Part shown: in pieces, positions 13,886 through 28,950 of the stretch
Layout of the letters: every line of letters starts with the position of its first letter
Position numbering within the stretch: position 1 is the first letter of the stretch
NCBI GenBank assembly: GCA_951406725.2
Contig: OX597838.1
Span: 2,542,001-2,606,000 of the forward strand
Source of the DNA: Octopus vulgaris
Lineage: Eukaryota
DNA: 64,000 nt
Direction of reading: 5' to 3'
Position numbers and translations under genes: made by a program
Notes under the pieces: model-generated
Seen by the model: only the letters and a program-made list of their open reading frames with translations
Told to the model about the DNA's origin: nothing
Databases searched by the model: none

Positions 13886-15869
13886 CTGGAAAGTGAGATG
13901 GGAACGGCGTCAGTCCAAGACTTCTCAATGCTGTTTATGACTGGAAGAATGGATTTGTGAATGGAATCATGTTTCCTATACATATTGGAATTACGCAACA
14001 ATGCCTGGACCTTATGGCTTGATTGCTTTCGACAAAGCAGTCTTTCTATTTGACAGATTGTCGATCCTGTTGCGCCATTGTTAAGCAATATGGCGTGTTC
14101 TGCCGTGAATGGAAACGTGTTCGTTTGCGTTGGACCTTAAGGGGCTTTCATATGTTCGACGATGACAATATATTGTGTTACTGCTATCAGTAGAGATTGA
14201 AATGACCTGGGACTCTAACTCGTCTTAATACGTTGCTCTGATTAATACCTGCTATCTGTCCGTTGGTGATAATTTTGTGCAGCAGTTCTGAAGTATGAAA
14301 AGGACTATACTCATCTTCCGCCTATCTTTAAGAACCTTAAATCCAATGGTAGGCGCTGGTCCTAGATATTTTATTAGGGATCAATAAACTCATTAGAGGT
14401 TGTGATCTAAAAATAACTAACATTTTTCCGTCATCAGCTACAATTACCAAACTTGAAGCGTATTAAAATGACGGAAGGTGTCGGCCTTCGCCATTTTATA
14501 TGCAAAAATGATCTTATTATAGATTTCAGATGTCAAAATTACTGCTCTTATCTTCCCTTATCAATGTTAAAAGGACTCTAAAAGGATCGAAGTCGCTGAC
14601 CGTTTTCCTATTCATACAAGGAAATGACTTTTGAGGCAATTTGGCTGAGAGGAAACTGTGTGGAAGATCGCTCTGTATACGTAGATGTAAATATACGTAC
14701 ATGTGTGTTTGTGTGCGGTTGGATATGTGTGTGTGTGTATGTGTTTGCGTGCGTGCGTATGTGTGTGTATGTATGTTCTCTTTTGTCTTGAACTATTTGG
14801 ATTCTTCCTCTGGGGGAGTTGATGGATTCTAGCAAAGATACGCCTCTACCAATACTTGACAACAGGTTTGTGTTTGTTTCCTTCCTCACAACGTAGCGTT
14901 TTGGCCACCTTATGGTCAATCTGTTCCACTAGGTCGTGCCTCAAAGTCATGTTCCACCATTGACCGCAAAATAGTTACAAACTTATATCCATTAGTGTTA
15001 TGTCGCAATACTACAACAGTGGCTGTGTGAGCTGCAAAATCCTCGTCGCCACTCTTATGTCGCACGTTCGAATGACTTCTACTCTTCGACGTCTAGACTT
15101 CTCCCTCGATTTCTACGTATTGGGATAGCCTACTTCATCGTCTGGGGGCATCCACACAATAATTAGACAGGCTTGTTTTAATAACGCCGAATTCTGTAAA
15201 TACTAAAGGACTGCAAAGGCTGACCTAAAGAAATAGGAAACCCTTCATCAGGTGCGAGATCAATGCAAATGAGTTAATAAAGAATAATGCTTTCTATGAA
15301 CTTTCCTCGTTATGAAAGTACATAGACGGTGCCTAGTTAGACACGTAACCACTGCCTCGAATTTGGTGCGATAACAAACAAATGCCTGCGAATATCTAGG
15401 CCAAATAAAATATTTTTAAAAACATGCAGACGTTCTGAGGAAGGATCAATACGCGTTGGCACTGCTGGGTAGCGCTGACACAGAGAATGCGGAAATCAAT
15501 TAACGACTCTTTCACAGATATTGATATCAAGGGAAGTTATCAAACACTTGTCGTTTCAGGAATACAACATGATGTAGTCGAACCGATATCAAACCATTGT
15601 GGTTACTGTGATAACATCACAAAGGGACGTGGTTGTGATATCACACAATGATATTACTGTCAGATCAAAAATATGTTCAGCTACTCTGATATCACGATAT
15701 GCCATCTTGCCATCTTGCTCTCATAATGTGAAGCTGCTCTGATATGCTATCACAATCAATCAGACGTTATTAAGTATGGACTGGTTTCTCGGAACAGTCG
15801 ATATTTCACACGGACACACCGACTATGCTGCTGCTGCCGCTGCTGCCGCTGCTGTTACTACTACTGCTG

Positions 15870-15908
<39 letters not shown>

Positions 15909-16144
15909 TTACTACTACTATTACTGCGGCTGCTGCTATTACTACTACTAGTGCTACTGCTGCTGCTACTGCTACTACAACTTCTGCTGCTGCTGCTACT
16001 ACTACTACTACTACTATTACTAATTCACCACTAGTTTGTTGACGTGCTAGTGGTGGTGGTGGTGGTAGTGGTGGTGGTAGTGATGGCGTTAGTCATTCTT
16101 AGTTATTTCGTTTACCATGTGATTATGTGTGTATATATGTACGC

Positions 16145-16245
<101 letters not shown>

Positions 16246-16280
16246 CATGCACACACATACAAACATTCACTCACACACAA

Positions 16281-16331
<51 letters not shown>

Positions 16332-16918
16332 AGTGTGTGTGTGTGTGAGTAGGTGTGTGTGTATTTTTACTGTTTGAAATTGGGTTTTTTCTCTTCTTCC
16401 CTCCCTCCCTCTCACACTTCTTTTTTCACTCATCCTGGGTTTTCTGTTTTCCTCCTGTTCTTCTTCTCTGTCTCTTTCACTCTCGCTCTATCTCACTTTC
16501 TCTTTTTCCTCTCTCTCTCTCTCTCTCTCACTCTCAATCTATCTCTTTTTCTCTCTCTCCTCTCTTTCTCACTCTCCTCTCTCTCTCTTTCTCTCATACA
16601 CACCCACCCACAGAGACACTCTCCATATCTTTGTATATTTGTGTGATCATACACAGAAGGACAGAGAAGACAGAGAGAGAGAGAGATAGAGAGAGAGAGA
16701 GCGAAAGCAGGTGGGACGGAGATAGGTAGGCATAGAGAGAGAGAGAGAGAGAGAGAGAGATTGAGCAAGTGCGAGCGTGCGCATGCGTGCGCATGCGTGT
16801 ACATACGTGCATGAGAGTGCATGTTAGTGATGTATGAATTTGTCCCATATACAGGGAGAGAGAATGTTCAGCGAGAGAAAATGTAGATTTATGCGTATAT
16901 AACTACAAAACCATACAC

Positions 16919-16969
<51 letters not shown>

Positions 16970-17635
16970 AACACAGACACGCACACATGTACACACATGT
17001 CTACATTCTTGTATACACCCAACAAAAGCGATGTGGTAATAAAACTTAAAGAAATGTTACGTGCAGTAATAATTTTCTTATTATACTGGTTATATATTGG
17101 AATATTGACTTACACGCTACGTATAAGACTATATATTTGTGAGGGTGCATTACAACACACATATATATATATATATATATGCGTATACTTGCATACCCGT
17201 ATCTATGTATGTACGCATGTACATATATACATCTTCATAGTGACACGGCAGCGATGTCTTACATAATATGTAGAACATTATACCGATCTATCTAGAATTT
17301 AACACGGTCCAACATGTATACAAAACGTCCATACATGTCTATAGACACACACACGCACACACACACAGAGAAATATATATACATACATATATATATACAT
17401 ATATAAATACATATATATTTATATACACACATACACACATATATACATATATATAAACATTTTTTGCATACTCACACACTGTGCGAGTGTGTTGTGTGTG
17501 TGTGTGTATGTGTGTGTGTGTGTGTGTGTGCTTATACCTGTTTTTGTTTCTATGTGAAAGAAGAAATAGTGACAGGGTGAATATTGAGAGTCCAAAGTCA
17601 TAAAGAGTAGATATGATCTACCTCCTGTTCCATAA

Positions 17636-17673
<38 letters not shown>

Positions 17674-18143
17674 TGTGTTTCTTGTTATCCGATTCAGTTT
17701 CTCTTACACACACACATAAACACACACGCTCACACACACACAACTCATACACACACATCTATATGTGTGTATTTATATATACACGCATATAGATTTCTTT
17801 ATTCATATGTATACTTATATATATATACATATACATTTATATATATATATATATACATATGTGTGTGTACGTGTGTGTGTGTGTGTGTGTATGTATGCAC
17901 ACACACACTCACACACACATACATATTCCTACATCAATAAATGGGTATCTAAATTTATACCTGAGCACATTTTGGCGATGTTTCGTTCTGAAAATACACT
18001 TCGGTTCTTTGTGTTCATGTGAGGGACTGCCTACACACACACACACACACACACACATACACACACATACACGCATCTACATACAACAAAATATGTGTGC
18101 GTACATTTATTCATTTGTATGTAAATGTATATATGTATACATA

Positions 18144-18216
<73 letters not shown>

Positions 18217-18697
18217 ACATATATATATACATACGTGTGTGTAGGAAGGACATGCTTTCGCCGAAGGGTGTATAGACCAAAAAAATAAAACGTGTACAGC
18301 ATAAAAGTACATGTGTATACTGTACAGAGATCGTCATTGCTCCACCCCACCGCCCCCTCCACACAACTCGACACATCACCGCCTCACTTGTTAGAAAGCG
18401 GGAAAATGGCTGTGTAAAGAAATTCGCCATTTTCCTTACTAACATGTTCGTGTCTCCTGATCGATATTTGGTTCTGCAGTTCTTTTATTCGACATCCATC
18501 AGCGTCGACACCACTATGCTCAGCCTCCTCCTCCTCCACGTAACCGTCATTATCATCATCATCTTCATCACCATCGTTGTCATAATCATCATCATTATCA
18601 TTATCATCAGCATAATCATCATCATCATCGTCACCTACATCATCTTTTGCTTTTGACGATATCATTCTTCTTCTTATTATTATTATTATTATCTTTA

Positions 18698-18755
<58 letters not shown>

Positions 18756-19874
18756 CATCATTATTGTTATTATTATTATCATCATCATCATCATTATCAC
18801 CATTACTATTTTTATTTTGACTTTTATATTTTTCTCGTCTTTATTATTATTTTCACTTTTATCATCATGAGCATCATCATCATCATTATCATCATCATGA
18901 GCATCAACACCATCATCATCATCATCACCTACATCATCATTTCTGATATGTTGTTGTCGTTGCTTTTGTTCTCGTTCCTTCTGCGTTACTGCAATAAAAT
19001 CTTTATCAAGTTGTGGTTTGTGTGATGAGGCGGGGTTAGTCTAGCAGGGTGGTCATGGCGGAAAAAGTTCATTTGAAGGTTGAATCCGGATAGAAAAGAT
19101 TGTCGGCCATATTGGCATAGGTGAGAGAATCGATTTTACATGTCAGGTCGGTATATTGATAGATATGAAGGACGGCCCTACGTAGTATACGCGTAGGCCA
19201 TCTTCTTCCAGTCTGGTAAAAGAAGATTAGTTTCGCTGGTTGAGCGCTTTAGATGAAAGTCAGTGACGTATAGACGTCGACAGTGTAAAATATCGAAAAA
19301 AATGATCGGTCAAGGTGTTAAAATGGTAGATCTGTGCAATGTCGGACCGAAAGGCCAGTCAAGAATGTGCTAGATGTAGTAGAATGCCGGACCAAAAAGC
19401 AAAGGTCGAAATGTTTAAATGCCTGGCGAAAAAGTTAGATGTTGTAGGGGAAAAAAAACGGTCGGCTGTAAATCACCAAGAATTTGTTTCGGGGTTAAAT
19501 TTTCATTAAGTTGCCACGAGAGAAAATGCTCAAAAGCCTTTCTTGCCACGTCTATGCTTATTGTATCCTAAAGTAGAACGAGTAGAGTTCATAACTATTG
19601 TAGAATACGCATGGGTCTAGTTCATATCCTAATAAGTCCTAATACAGCTGGTATGTCACAAAAGTTCTTCCGACCGTGACCACCGCTGCTTTATTATTTT
19701 TCGGTGATATAGTGTATTCAGAATGAGAGGATGCAATTAGAGATTAATGAGATTAATGAGAGATTAATGTGAGATCACTCCAATACAGCTTGAAGAGTGA
19801 ATAACCGAATTAAGAAACTCTCGAATATTACCAATAGAAGTATTTCTGACGGCCGGGACAATAATAATAATAAC

Positions 19875-19933
<59 letters not shown>

Positions 19934-19934
<1 letters not shown>

Positions 19935-20136
19935 TTCTACTGGAGGCACAATGCCTTAAATTTGGGGTGAGGGGACTACATCGATCCCAGTGGTTTACTG
20001 GTACTTAATTCATCGACCCCGAAAGGATGAAAGGTAAAGTCAACCTCGGCACAATTTGAACTCGGAACGTAGCGAGGGGCGAAGTACTGCGATGGATTTC
20101 GTCCAGCGTGCTAACGGTCCTGCCAACTCGCCGCCT
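19934..20136 (-). mobile_element. SINE family A
   Basis: ctggtacttaattcatcgaccccgaaaggatgaaagg...aatttgaactc...gccaactcgccgcc. Confidence 0.88.
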
Positions 20137-20394
20137 TTATTATGATGATGAGAAGAAGAAGAAGAAGAAGAAGAAGAAGAAGAAGAAGAAGAAGAAGAAG
20201 AAGAAGAAGAAGAAGAAGAAGAAGAAAGAAAGAAAGAAAGAAAGAAAGAAGAAGAAGAAGAAAGAAAGAAAGAAAGAAAGAAAGAAGAAGAAGAAGAAGA
20301 AGAAGAAGAAGAAGAAGAAGAAGAAGAAGAAGAAGAAGAAGAAGAAGAAGAAGAAAATAATGAATTATTTGAAATAATGAATTATTTGAAATGT

Positions 20395-20523
20395 TAGCAC
20401 AAGGCCCGCAAAGGAGGTAAGGTAAAATCGACGTTGGCGAAATTTGAACTTAAACGGCAAAGCCGAACGAAAGGCTGGTCAGCATTTTGACCGGCGGGCA
20501 GAAGATTGGGTCAGCTCGCCACC
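20395..20523 (-). mobile_element. SINE family A, internally deleted
   Basis: gcgaaatttgaactt...agcattttgaccggcg...cagctcgcc. Confidence 0.65.
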
Positions 20524-21068
20524 ATATTAATAATAATAATAATAACAGCAGATTTGCTAACATCGAACGGCCGAGTTGCTGTCCCACCAACGCATGCGCA
20601 AATCATTTTATTTGCATTGCCAACGTTATATTGGTAATTAACGTCTCTGACAAGCATATATAATTAGATTGGAATTCACTGTAAAATATTAATTACAATT
20701 TGACTGGAGTATTGTTTGTCTTAATTTCGTTCTCTGTCTGACGAGTTCTTCTGTATATTTAAGAATATTAGAAGACACAGACACACACAGACACCGCGAC
20801 ACACACACACACACACACAATATATATGTACATGTATGTCCATGTATAGAGAGAGATGGATAGATAGAAAGATACATACATGCATATATTTACATATCTA
20901 TCATAAACATAATTAGTATACACGTTCAATACACAGTCTTTGTTATGTACTATGCAAATATAGGCCTTTACATATAGAGATTTAAATATTTATACACGTG
21001 TATGAGCATGTATGTATATACCCAAAGATATAAAATTACATGCATGTGTATATATATATATATGTATA

Positions 21069-21118
<50 letters not shown>

Positions 21119-21245
21119 TATGTATATATGTATATTTCTGTATATACATACGTTTATATACATGTAGGCGTGTAGGTTGGCATACATTCATGCATGTACA
21201 TGGGTGTACGTGTGTATGTATATACATATATATACATATATATGC

Positions 21246-21279
<34 letters not shown>

Positions 21280-21285
21280 GCATAC

Positions 21286-21340
<55 letters not shown>

Positions 21341-21895
21341 TATACATATATATATGCATATATATATATGGGCATGAAGCAGTGTATATATATGAGTCAA
21401 CAAAGTGATGCGGAGAGGTATTAAACAGTTATCACACACACATTCAAGCGTCCACACTGTCAAAATCCTCCCACCCCCTCACATAAACACACACATACAC
21501 ACACACATTCATGGCTGATATTCCAGAATATTCCATTATTTTGCGTCCAGAACTTGTAACAGATTTTTTTTTTTCCACAAAACTTAGTTGGTGTTTAATA
21601 AAGACAAACGAAAGAGTGGTGGGGGCGGGTATGATTGGGTTCGGGGGTTTTGAGAGGAATAAAATATGAAGAGTGTGGTGTACGGGTGGGAGTGGATCGA
21701 CTCATTCGTCAGAAACTTAGATTTGTTGGTGTGGTTGTGGTTGTGGTTGATGTTCGTGGCGGTGGTGATGGAGGCAGCGGCGATGATGATGATGATGATG
21801 ATGATGGTACCCAATGTCCACATGGAATATCTATTTACGCTGCTGTCTTTGTAAATACAATTGTCTTCTTGGTTATTTTCAATGCATACATACAG

Positions 21896-21961
<66 letters not shown>

Positions 21962-21995
21962 GTATATATAGTCAGATGGAGAGAGAGAGATAGAA

Positions 21996-22026
<31 letters not shown>

Positions 22027-22029
<3 letters not shown>

Positions 22030-22270
22030 GGCCATACTGGAGCAACGCGTTTAGTCGAACAAATCGACCCTAGGACTTAGTTTTTGTAAGCCTGGTGCTT
22101 ATTCTATCGGTATATTTCGCTGAACCGCTAAGTTACGAGGACGTAAACACACCAATATTAGTTATCAAGCGATGTTGGGGGGGGGAAGCAAATACAGACA
22201 CACGTATACATACATACATACATACATACATACATACATACATACATACATGCATACATACATACACAAG
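22027..22270 (-). mobile_element. SINE family B, 3' half
   Basis: cggccatactggagca-cgc-tttagtcgaacaaatcgaccc...gaaccgctaagttacg-ggacgtaaacacacc running into the internal microsatellite. Confidence 0.82.
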
Positions 22271-22441
22271 CATATATATATATAGGGAGTTAGGGCGAAA
22301 ACGGCCTGTCTCCAGCATGGTTGAAGTGCTGATAGCTTCAAAAAAAAATACCGAAAACTCCAGCTAAATATATCAAATGTTTATAGCATACCTACTACTT
22401 CATAGAATTAATATATACATACACACACGCACACACACACG

Positions 22442-22511
<70 letters not shown>

Positions 22512-22571
22512 CATATATGTATATATGGATGTCGTATGTATGTATCTATTTCTGTGTTATTATCTATCAAA

Positions 22572-22790
22572 TCAGCGAGCTGACAAAATCGCTAGCATGC
22601 AGGGCAAAATGCTTGGCATTTCTTAAAACTTTACGTTCAGGGTTCAAATTCCGCCAAATTCCGACTTTGCCTTTTATGCTTTCGGAATCGAATGAATAAG
22701 TGCCGACTGCGCATTTTGTTCGATGTAATCGACTGCCCCCCCCCCCCTCCATCAGAGTTTCGAGCCTTGAGCTTATAGTAGAAAAGAACT
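22572..22790 (+). mobile_element. SINE family A
   Basis: gcgagctgacaaaatcgctagc...gggttcaaattccgcc...gatgtaatcgact. Confidence 0.82.
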
Positions 22791-24003
22791 ATTATTATTA
22801 GTTATACATCGTACATATATACTGCGTATAGAAATATGCATATAAATAACTGTGTGGGTGGCGCGGGGCGACCCATGTGTGTAATTCATTGCCAATATCG
22901 CAGTTATTTCTAGCAACCCCACTGGGTTCCTTCGTGTCACAACAGTAAATAAATTCACAGATGGAACACTAGTTGTTCTGTCCTTTAATGAGTAACAAGA
23001 GAGACATATGCATCTGAAGTGTCCTTCTCGGAACGGTTGCCTTACTAGGTTTCCCGCACCTGCTTAGCACCCGTAATGCCAAATACCATCACGAAATATC
23101 AATTCTTAGTCGAATTCTTCCCCTAAATTCTATCTTTGAATACTATGCTGCATGGCGTGTTCCCTAATTTAAGGTCTTTCATTTATTGTCGCCATTCATG
23201 TATTGTGTAACAGCCGAATGCATGTAATGATAATCTATTATATTTTCACAGTGTGAGTAAAACCAACGACCAGAATGCGAAATAATGATATGAGAAGAAG
23301 TGTGTGAGGGGAGGGGCAGTGGATTGTGTGTGTGTGTGTGTGTGTAGCAATATGTGTGTGTTAGTGTGCAAACGTATATTTGTGCCAAGATAGTATACAC
23401 TAGCAAGTGTGTGTATATGGATATATATGTGCGAGGGATGAGAGCGTGTGCCTGTGTATACACAAACACACACACACACACATATATGTGTGTGTGTGTG
23501 TGTTTGCGCTTGTTTGCATGCATTCATATGTATGAACATATTCATATACACATATAAGACATATACATACATACATACACTCACATATATATGTTTATAT
23601 ATATATATATATATATATATGTTTGTATATACATATATGTGTGTATGTGTCTGTGTTTATGGATTTCTAAAGGCATTCATATACACACGTGCACACACAC
23701 ACATATAATAATATAAATATATATATATGCTTACGTAAGCATATATATATGCTGATATGTAATTCTTATGTCATGAATATGCACAAATTTTATAGGTGTG
23801 AATATATGTATATGTATATGATGTGTGCGTCAGAGTGTGTGTGTATACGAGAGTAATTGGCTCATATACTTACACACATAAACACACAATATACATACAT
23901 ATACATACACATATATATATGTATATGTATGTATGTATGTATATAGGCATATGTACCGGTAAATATATATGGAAATTCTATGTATATTATATCTGTACAC
24001 ATA

Positions 24004-24197
24004 CAGAGGTTGGACAAAATAATGGAAACACCTCAAAATTTCAAACAAATTTATTGTAATAAGGGGTAGGGCCGCCTTTGGCAGTAATTGCAGCTTGAAT
24101 TCTACGAGGTATGGACTCGTACAAAGTTTGAATTGTTTCCAAAGGATTTTTTGTCCATTCTTCAGCTAAAACAGTCTCTAGTTCTTGTAGTGTATGA
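24004..24197 (-). mobile_element. Tc1-like transposon 3' end (TIR plus transposase C-terminus)
   Basis: TA|CAGAGGTTGGACAAAATAATGGAAACAC terminal repeat; LQELETVLAEEWTKNPLETIQTLYESIPRRIQAAITAKGGPTPY is a typical Tc1 C-terminus. Confidence 0.9.
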
Positions 24198-25416
24198 TTT
24201 ATAGCTTCATCTACTTCGATTTCCAATGTTAAAAACGAATTATTTCACGACTCTTGAAGTTTCTAAATTCATATGGCCTAGACAAATATTCATATACACG
24301 CACACACATACATATAAATGTATGTATATTTATATTGGATCGACCACAACATGAGTTTAATTGCAGAAGGGTGATATGACTGGCTCAGCCAGAGAGGATC
24401 TGCATCTCAGGTTCAACCCGGCAGGTTCCTATCGGTCAGAGAAACTCTTTGAAAGCCCGATGAACAAGAATTCACATTATTAGTCTTCTAATTGAAGTTA
24501 AAATTTTCTTATAAAAAATACAAAATCGCGTTACGCTGCTTCTGTTAAAAAAATGTAAAGCTTTTGTTGTTGATCGAGGTATAAGTGAATAACGAAATGG
24601 GCTTGCAATTCTGCTTTGGTGAATATCATATTTTACCAATTTAAAAACACGGTATCTTTCACTCCATGTTCTTCGTTTTACGTTCTTGAAAAGATGTGGA
24701 TTTCGCATTTTCAGTTTCACTTCTCTGCACCAATTTTTAGTGCAGTTCCTGTTCTCTAAAGTGTTGCCACATTTTGGCCAACCACAAAAATTTTATGCTG
24801 CAGGCACCAAATAAAGTGAACTTTCTTTGAGAGAATAATGTAATATCTTGATGCAACATTTACAAGTACGAAGCGAAATGCAAGAATTATTATCGACACG
24901 CAGACATTAAAACAAATATCGCCTACGGAAATCCGATGAGATTCACTGTCCATAATTTAGAAGTCAACCGGGAAACAAACAAAAAAAAATAAACGCATAA
25001 ATTTTGCCTACGTTAGCGGAAATGCGATAAAGTTACACTATAAGCCATATTGAAACTACTAAAAGTCACCAGCCAACGAGAAACCTAAAGGATGTTAGCT
25101 TGTATATTGATACACATCACACAGACATTTGTACATGTAAGCATACATGCGTGCAAACATACACACGCAGGTACATATAGATACACATAATACATATGAT
25201 GAGAAAAGAGACTGAGAGATAGAGAGAGATGCAGATATATACATATATATATAGAGAGAGAGGGTGTAGGTTCTAAGAAAGAAAGAAATGTATATTAAAA
25301 GGAGTCTTATAATATTAGCTTTATTTATATTCCAACAAAATGGCCACCATGCTTGAGAAAAGCTTGTATTCACTAAGCTCCATGAAGGCATGTTTTTAAG
25401 AAAATACAGTTGCTTA

Positions 25417-25486
<70 letters not shown>

Positions 25487-25505
25487 CATCCTCATTATTA
25501 TTATT

Positions 25506-26700
25506 GCTTTTGCACAGCTCCAAACGCTGGAGATGTACTACGGTGACAGCTGTTCACTACTAGTGAATCGAGCACCATCCGGAGTATTCGAGCGGGTCCA
25601 TGCAGTGCTGTTTTCTAAAAGTATTTCACCCTTACTGCAGGCTCTATTTGTTCCATGTACTTTTCAATATAATATACTCACTGTTCCCAGGGCTCCAACA
25701 ATTATTGCTACTACTACCACCATTTTCATCAACCACAACTGCATAAACTCCCAAGTTAACCTGTCATATATATCGAATTTTCTTTATTCCTTATTGCATA
25801 CGTTGTTGTTCGCTGGACATGCTATATCTATGATCCAGCATCGTTTGCTTTCTTCCTCAATTAACACTATGTCTGGCTTCTTATTCTCTATCTCATGGTC
25901 GCACTGAATCATAAAATCCCATAATCTTTTGCATTTTAATTTTCGGCGATGACCCCGGGTTTATGCTCGTACCAAGTTTTTGCTCTGTCAAGTCCATACT
26001 TGTTGGCAAGTATCCATTGGACACTTTTTGCTATATTGTCATGACTTCTCTTATATTCTTTCTAGGCTAGTAGCGTACGTTGAGAGGTAATATACCATAC
26101 GATTTCACCATTTAGTCCACAAATTCTGCACTTATTACTTTCTGATGTGTTGTCTATTCTGTATTTCATGTAATTGGTTCTTAATGCTTGCTCTTAGGCA
26201 GCACAGATTAGAGCTTCCGTCTATGCATTCTTTTCTTTATCCACCTATTTTTAATTTCATTCATTCTCAAGTGCTTGTACAATGCTTTATCATTGCAGTC
26301 TTCCATCCTACCCAAGGTTGACCTTCTTACTTCCAATAATAGTGGTTCTGTGGAATTTTTTTTACATACCATGCTATGTTGTTTTCTTCTGCTCCAATGC
26401 TGTACTCGCATCCAGTCAGTCCTCTTCCCCCTCTTTTTCTTGGTACATACAGTCTTTCTCTGTCACTTTTTGGGTGGAATGCAAACGTCCTTGTCTTTCT
26501 GTCTAAGTTGTTTACTTCGTCTACTGTCCATTCGGTTACCCCTGCTCCATATGCACAGTACAAAGTTCAATGGGGACAGGCAGCCACATTAGAAGATGCC
26601 TCCCCTGATTTCTATTGTCCCTAAATTTCTTCCATACGCTATCAGTTCCGTCGTCCAATTCACCATACTTTTTCCAAGCAATCGCTCAACATTCGATGCA
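25506..26700 (-). mobile_element. R4/Dong-clade non-LTR retrotransposon, 5'-truncated and decayed (post-RT region, zinc knuckle, RLE endonuclease)
   Basis: HPKSDRERLYVPRKRGGRGL (ORF 26327-26563) and LWDFMIQCDHEIENKKPDIVLIEEESKRCWIIDIACP...KE*RKFDIYDRLTWEFMQLW...IIVGALGTV (PD..D RLE motif); (TAA)n-type repeats at both ends. Confidence 0.9.
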
Positions 26701-26811
26701 ATTGTTGTCATCATCATTATTATTATTATTGTTGTCGTTATTCTTGTTGTTGTTGTTGTTCTTGTTGTTCAGCTCTGACTATGCTTGTGTATGCGGGTTT
26801 CACTTTCTGTG

Positions 26812-26953
<142 letters not shown>

Positions 26954-27600
26954 TACATACATACATACATACATACATACATACATACATACATACATAC
27001 ATACATACATACATACATACATACATACATACATACATACATACATAATTGACAAGTACCGAGATGTGATAGTTTGTAACTGAAGGTAGCCGTGCACAGC
27101 CCATTATTTTCGAATCTGCCACACCTTACATCTAACTTCACCGACCATCATATCCTCCAGTCCTTAACTCCACATTAAACATCAGCAGAACCTCTTGGAA
27201 GGTGCTAAACGAGCGAAAGACATAGCAATGCACGTGTTTGTATTGTTGCTATCTAGCAGTACAATATGGCGTTAATGTACTTCCGGCGTTAACAATCGCC
27301 ATTGTTATTATATCAGTAGTGACGATTCCAAAAGCAGCAGCACATGCAGCAGCATAAGGAGCTGTGTAAGCAGCACCAGCAGCAAGAGTAGAAGCAAATG
27401 CAGTGATTGTCTTTGTTTCTGTCAGCGTGATTTGTTAATGATGTCAGATGCCGGATTAAAGGTTTAGTACGAAGATTAATGAATAACGCGTAGCGGAGTA
27501 GATTAAAGAGTGTGAAATGGTTTTGTACGATGTCATCGCTTAGATAACTGGTGTATTTGGACAGCAACAAATCGTACATGGATACACACAAACACACACG

Positions 27601-27657
<57 letters not shown>

Positions 27658-28325
27658 GCACACTCACACACATACACACGTATATATATATGTGTGTGCG
27701 TGCTCGTAATATATATAATACGTGTACGTATTCACAACGATGTCATACAGTTATTCAAACACACACTAACATATTGACATATACACACACGCACACAGGA
27801 TCGTATCGCCTGAACACACACACACACGTTTCTGTTAAAACAAACATGACAGGAATACAAGTGATAACGTACTGTATAATTAACTTAACTGCAAATTTAC
27901 AGTAGTGTGTCAAAGGATCGAGACTTTCCTATGCCTGTAAATAAATATATTACATATATATATATATATATGCATATATGCATCTGTATGTCTTATGTAT
28001 GCATGTATGCATGACTAAATGTATATATATATATATATATATATCTTCTATATTTTAATTATTATAAATCTTCCACTATGTATGCCTGTGTGTATTCTAA
28101 TTTATATGTATGCATGAATGTATGTATGCATGTGTGTATGTATGAGTGTATATATGTATGTAATTATGTATGTATGTATGTATGTATGTATGTATGTATG
28201 TGTTTATATTATTGTTTAATGAGCAGTGACTTCGCAAAGTTTTGGCCACCTGTAGCGCTCAGTCGGAATGTAAGAGGTACAGGTTGCCATTCTATCTAGA
28301 GGTTTTATTTTCTCACTAGAAAATA

Positions 28326-28498
28326 AGGCGTAGGCGTTACTGTATGATAAGAAGCCTGCTTTTCAATGGCATGGATCTGTGTTCAATTCCACCGCGTGGA
28401 ACATTGAGCCAGTGTCTTCTACTATAGTGGATTTGGTAGACGGAAACTGAAAGTAGACCGTTGCATATGTGTATGTGGTGGGGCGTGGTGTGTGTGTG

Positions 28499-28558
<60 letters not shown>

Positions 28559-28730
28559 TGTGTACGTGTGTGTCCGCCTTGCAACACTGTTCATTGTGTA
28601 ACCATCCATGAAACTTAAAGGTTCGGCAAAACAAAGATAGGTTTCTAAAATATAAGAACTGGCGTTGATTCATTTGACTAGAAGGCGCTGTACAAGCACG
28701 GCCGTATTCTACTGACCGTAATAAGTACAA
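28326..28730 (+). mobile_element. SINE family B, full length with internal (TG)n
   Basis: head ggcgtaggcgt...gttcaattccaccgcgtgg, gtgtcttctactatagtggatttggtagacggaaactgaaag, internal microsatellite, ggttcggcaaaa...cacggccg tail. Confidence 0.8.
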
Positions 28731-28779
28731 TACATAGACAGCCAGCCAGCCAGACAGATAGACACAGAGAAGATAGATG

Positions 28780-28840
<61 letters not shown>

Positions 28841-28851
28841 GTAGATAGATG

Positions 28852-28950
<99 letters not shown>

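Noticed and set aside
13885-14300. Possible RLE non-LTR remnant ([13 protein letters not shown] resembles Y..RHD)
   Set aside because: The CCHC knuckle and PD..D motifs cannot be recovered by eye; needs tBLASTx or Dfam.
15240-15260. CUGAUGA on the minus strand
   Set aside because: No stem II/GAAA downstream.
19020-19460. Possible LINE remnant and decayed ~45-bp repeats
   Set aside because: Similarity too weak to assign.
24440-24960. Short minus-strand ORFs in complex sequence
   Set aside because: No recognisable domain, multiple stops; probably old TE debris.
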